Virus record (IMG/VR): IMGVR_UViG_3300042484_001250
Location: 113,286-133,285 of that record
Source: an uncultured virus (IMG/VR IMGVR_UViG_3300042484_001250)
Taxonomy: Duplodnaviria > Heunggongvirae > Uroviricota > Caudoviricetes
Length of the DNA: 20,000 bases
Strand: one strand, 5' to 3'
Positions within the stretch are counted from its first letter, which is position 1. Each line of letters opens with the position of its first letter. Under the pieces are notes generated by a model that did not search any database, was not told the origin of the DNA, and worked only from the letters and a program-made list of their open reading frames with translations. Shown in pieces: positions 17,403 to 20,000 of this stretch. Position numbers and translations under genes: made by a program.

Positions 17403-19574
17403 ATGCCTGCAAAATCAAAAGCACAACAAAGATTTATGGGAATGGTTCACGCCGCTCAAAAGGGTGAATTAGATAATCCATCATCGGAAGTTGAAAAAGT
17501 AGCTGATTCAATGAGTGATGCAGACGCAAAAGATTATGCATCAACTAAACACAAAGGTTTACCCAATCATGTGAAAAAAGAAAATATGGAAAAACAATTA
17601 AAAGAAATCATCCGTCAAACATATAGAGAGAGTTTGAGAGAATCGGTAAACGAAGATGCAACTGAATTGCCTCAAGCAACAATACCATCCGCTGTAAAAG
17701 TTAAATTACAAATGGCTATTGATAAAATAAAAGATTCAAAGTTAAGTAACAATGCAAAATTACAATTGGTGGCACAAGTAATAGATGCATTAGATGTGGA
17801 TAAATCTCAATTATCAAATATTGCAAATAAGATTCGTTCTAAAATGGAATCGGTAAACGAAGCTAAGATACAACCAAAAGATGATTGGGGAGTTAGATTA
17901 GTTGTGGCTATTAATAATAATGTTGCTGCATTACATACATCCGTTATAAGAGAAAAGAAAGATGTACAGCAAGCAGTTGCTGCTTTTGGTAATGTGTTAA
18001 AAAATGCTATTAAAGAAACTCTAAAGCACAAATACAAACCACATCCAAAATATACTGAAGCTGATAGCAAAATAAAAACATTTATTTCTGAACTTAAAAA
18101 GTTTGAAAATATTGTAGATATGGTTATTTCTAAACCAACAAAATCTGGTATTGTAAAATTGGATGATGCTTGGCGAAATATTTGGAATCATAAATATGGT
18201 GCGGCAATTGCGTTATCTGGTGATTTGTTTAATAGTATTATAGAAAACGAATCGGTAAACGAAGCAAAATACCCAACCAATTTATATGTTGGTTCTATAA
18301 TTTATGGACAAGGATTTACTGGATTAAAAGGAATCGAAGGTGGTAAATACTACAAAGTTGTTGAAATGGATGATACTACTGCAACATTAGCACCATGCGA
18401 CCAAAAAGGTAAGATAACAGGTTCAAAGAAAGTTAGACATAAATTAGATTCAATCGAAGGTGGTATCAAAACTGCTAAAAGAGGAGATGAAAACGGAATT
18501 GTTATCGAATCGGTTATTGTTGAAGATATTAAATCCGATATAAACAAATTCTTAGATAAATTAAACAAACAATTTCCTGAACAAGAATATACTACCGATT
18601 TCAAAGGTGGAAAATATGCTAGAATTGTTCAACAAAATAGAAAATATTCTGGAAATCGTTCTGCATGGGGATTTGTAGCAATGGAAGATAATCCATCCAA
18701 AGGATTTAAGAAAGGAGATTTATTAAAAGCAGCAGGATTTAATACACCTGCAAAGGGTGCTAGGGGTAATATATTAGATGGTACTGCAAAATATGATAAA
18801 TACTCACCAGTATATTTAAGAGAATCCGTAAACGAATCAATATCACATGAAGCAATGGGAATCGCTTCAATGACTAACACTAGAAAAGAGGCAGTTCAAA
18901 AGTTTATTGATGATAACAACTTAAATGCAAAAGAAATATTAACTCACGTTACCAAAGGCAAATTGCCGGAGAGAATTCGTTTTGTTCAGGCATTAGTTGG
19001 AACTCCTAATAATTCTTCTTTCAAATGGTATGTAAAAAATTACACAAACGAATCGGTAGTAACTGAAGGAAAGAAAGCATTCAAAATAAATCCACCAATC
19101 GGTAAAGCAAAATATAGTATTAGTGCTCACAATGGTGTATCAAAACACAAAGATGGTAGTGATTTTTGGGATATTCTTATCTTTAAGAACAAAGCAGATT
19201 TAGAAAGAAGAGCTAAATATTTTAGAGGTGAAAAATACATTGAAGAATCGGTAATCAAAGAAGGTGTTTACAAATCAATTTTATCAAATAACAAAGGAAA
19301 GTTATTCTTTAGTTTAGTTGATGATGAAACTGATAAAGTAACGGATGTTGATGCAAAGGCTTGGTTAAAATCAACTATTAAAGATAAATCATCCGATAAC
19401 TCAAAAGAATTGGTATTAAGTGCATTAGTAAGACAAATCAATCAATTTAATAAAAAAGTTGATTTTAATATGTGGGTTAATGCTAACAAACCAACTTGGG
19501 AAGAAAAGGTTAAATATTTGTTTGATAAGGGATTAGCAAACAACGTAAATAAGACTGGTATTAAGGTTCATTAA
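17403..19574 (+). CDS. Modular polyprotein-like putative virion cargo protein: N-terminal DUF3008-like domain plus seven modules separated by ESVNE/ESVxxE linkers
   Basis: MPAKSKAQQRF...ASTKHKGLP N terminus; seven ESV linkers separate unrelated modules. Confidence 0.8.
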   Translation: MPAKSKAQQRFMGMVHAAQKGELDNPSSEVEKVADSMSDADAKDYASTKHKGLPNHVKKENMEKQLKEIIRQTYRESLRESVNEDATELPQATIPSAVKVKLQMAIDKIKDSKLSNNAKLQLVAQVIDALDVDKSQLSNIANKIRSKMESVNEAKIQPKDDWGVRLVVAINNNVAALHTSVIREKKDVQQAVAAFGNVLKNAIKETLKHKYKPHPKYTEADSKIKTFISELKKFENIVDMVISKPTKSGIVKLDDAWRNIWNHKYGAAIALSGDLFNSIIENESVNEAKYPTNLYVGSIIYGQGFTGLKGIEGGKYYKVVEMDDTTATLAPCDQKGKITGSKKVRHKLDSIEGGIKTAKRGDENGIVIESVIVEDIKSDINKFLDKLNKQFPEQEYTTDFKGGKYARIVQQNRKYSGNRSAWGFVAMEDNPSKGFKKGDLLKAAGFNTPAKGARGNILDGTAKYDKYSPVYLRESVNESISHEAMGIASMTNTRKEAVQKFIDDNNLNAKEILTHVTKGKLPERIRFVQALVGTPNNSSFKWYVKNYTNESVVTEGKKAFKINPPIGKAKYSISAHNGVSKHKDGSDFWDILIFKNKADLERRAKYFRGEKYIEESVIKEGVYKSILSNNKGKLFFSLVDDETDKVTDVDAKAWLKSTIKDKSSDNSKELVLSALVRQINQFNKKVDFNMWVNANKPTWEEKVKYLFDKGLANNVNKTGIKVH
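17640..19263 (+). repeat. Dispersed in-frame direct repeat GAATCGGTAAACGAAG (7 copies: 3 exact, 4 variant)
   Basis: Exact copies at 17640, 17847 and 18249. Variants at 18507 (GAATCGGTTATTGTTGAAG), 18822 (GAATCCGTAAACGAA), 19050 (GAATCGGTAGTAACTGAAG) and 19245 (GAATCGGTAATCAAAGAAG). Confidence 0.85.
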
Positions 19575-19607
19575 TACCATTCTTAAAAAATATAGAAAAA
19601 ACTAAAG

Positions 19608-19642
19608 AAAATTAAACATATTTTTATGTTTAATTTTTTTTT
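19608..19642 (+). terminator. Probable intrinsic terminator (AT-rich hairpin)
   Basis: AAAATTAAACATA (19608-19620) / TATGTTTAATTTT (19625-19637) with a 4-nt loop, followed by a T-run. Confidence 0.6.
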
Positions 19643-19643
19643 A

Positions 19644-19653
19644 TATACTTATT
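19644..19653 (+). promoter_or_regulatory. Putative phage late promoter motif TATACTTATT
   Basis: Motif variant directly after the terminator, 140 nt before ATG 19794. Confidence 0.6.
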
Positions 19654-19793
19654 GATAACAATAACCTATTTCATATAGGTTTAAGACAGTTGGTTAATGA
19701 ATACCCATTTATATGAGGTGACCGAACAACCGAACTACCTACATTGAAGTCCCAAATCAAATGACTTCAGAATAAGAAAAACAAAGTAAAAGA

Positions 19794-20000
19794 ATGGCAA
19801 GTTCAAAATTATTAAAAGAAGCTATCGCTGACGCTAAAGCTGTACGTGAAACTGCTATTGCCAACGCTAAAATCGCATTAGAAGAAGCATTTACTCCTCG
19901 TTTACAATCTATTCTTTCTAGAAAATTACAAGCCGAAATGGAAGGTGATGAAGAAGAAGCAGATATGAACGAAGATAATGATGTATCTAGTGAAATTGGT
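19794..20000 (+). CDS. Probable prohead scaffold/core protein, 3'-truncated (not in the ORF track)
   Basis: MASSKLLKEAIADAKAVRETAIANAKIALEEAFTPRLQSILSRKLQAEMEGDEEE..., open to the window end. A helical N terminus followed by an acidic tract, and the position in the head module, fit a scaffold. Confidence 0.75.
   Translation, partial: MASSKLLKEAIADAKAVRETAIANAKIALEEAFTPRLQSILSRKLQAEMEGDEEEADMNEDNDVSSEIG

Noticed and set aside
1143..18880. Minus-strand ORFs and short alternative-frame + ORFs in the ORF track
   Set aside because: All are nested in long, motif-bearing + strand genes and look like shadow ORFs with no recognisable motifs
17640..19263. CRISPR array interpretation of the GAATCGGTAAACGAAG repeats
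   Set aside because: Repeats are only about 16 nt, spacing is 195-402 nt and always a multiple of 3, the whole array lies inside one ORF, and no cas genes are present
19575..19793. tRNA gene in the longest intergenic region
   Set aside because: No cloverleaf or T-loop GTTCRA motif is recognisable
1..20000. Stop-codon reassignment
   Set aside because: Genes are intact and densely packed in the standard code, with TAA, TAG and TGA all used as stops

Overview
AT-rich segment of a large T4-like tailed phage genome with all genes on the + strand. The host is probably Bacteroidota, judged from a TTG-N20-TAnnTTTG host promoter. It opens with the end of a glycosylation cluster: a methyltransferase/glycosyltransferase fusion and an Aah/TibC-like heptosyltransferase. 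The DNA-packaging and head-assembly module follows: large terminase, portal, prohead protease and the start of a scaffold-like protein, interspersed with many putative internal head/cargo proteins. Main observations: (1) a 723-aa ORF built from unrelated 65-134 aa modules joined in frame by a conserved DNA repeat (GAATCGGTAAACGAAG, encoding ESVNE) that looks like a prohead-protease site, i.e. a candidate cassette-type cargo polyprotein; (2) a 1204-aa ORF with similar modular logic and two nucleotidyltransferase domains; (3) a late-promoter-like motif ATA[T/C]TTAT, usually 23-25 nt before the ATG and mostly tied into hairpins that would cover the translation start region; (4) a DNA methyltransferase with three HTH repeats under its own host-type promoter; (5) a structured 140-nt leader before the scaffold gene; (6) apparent GATC avoidance. 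Family assignments come from motif recognition only; no searches were run.
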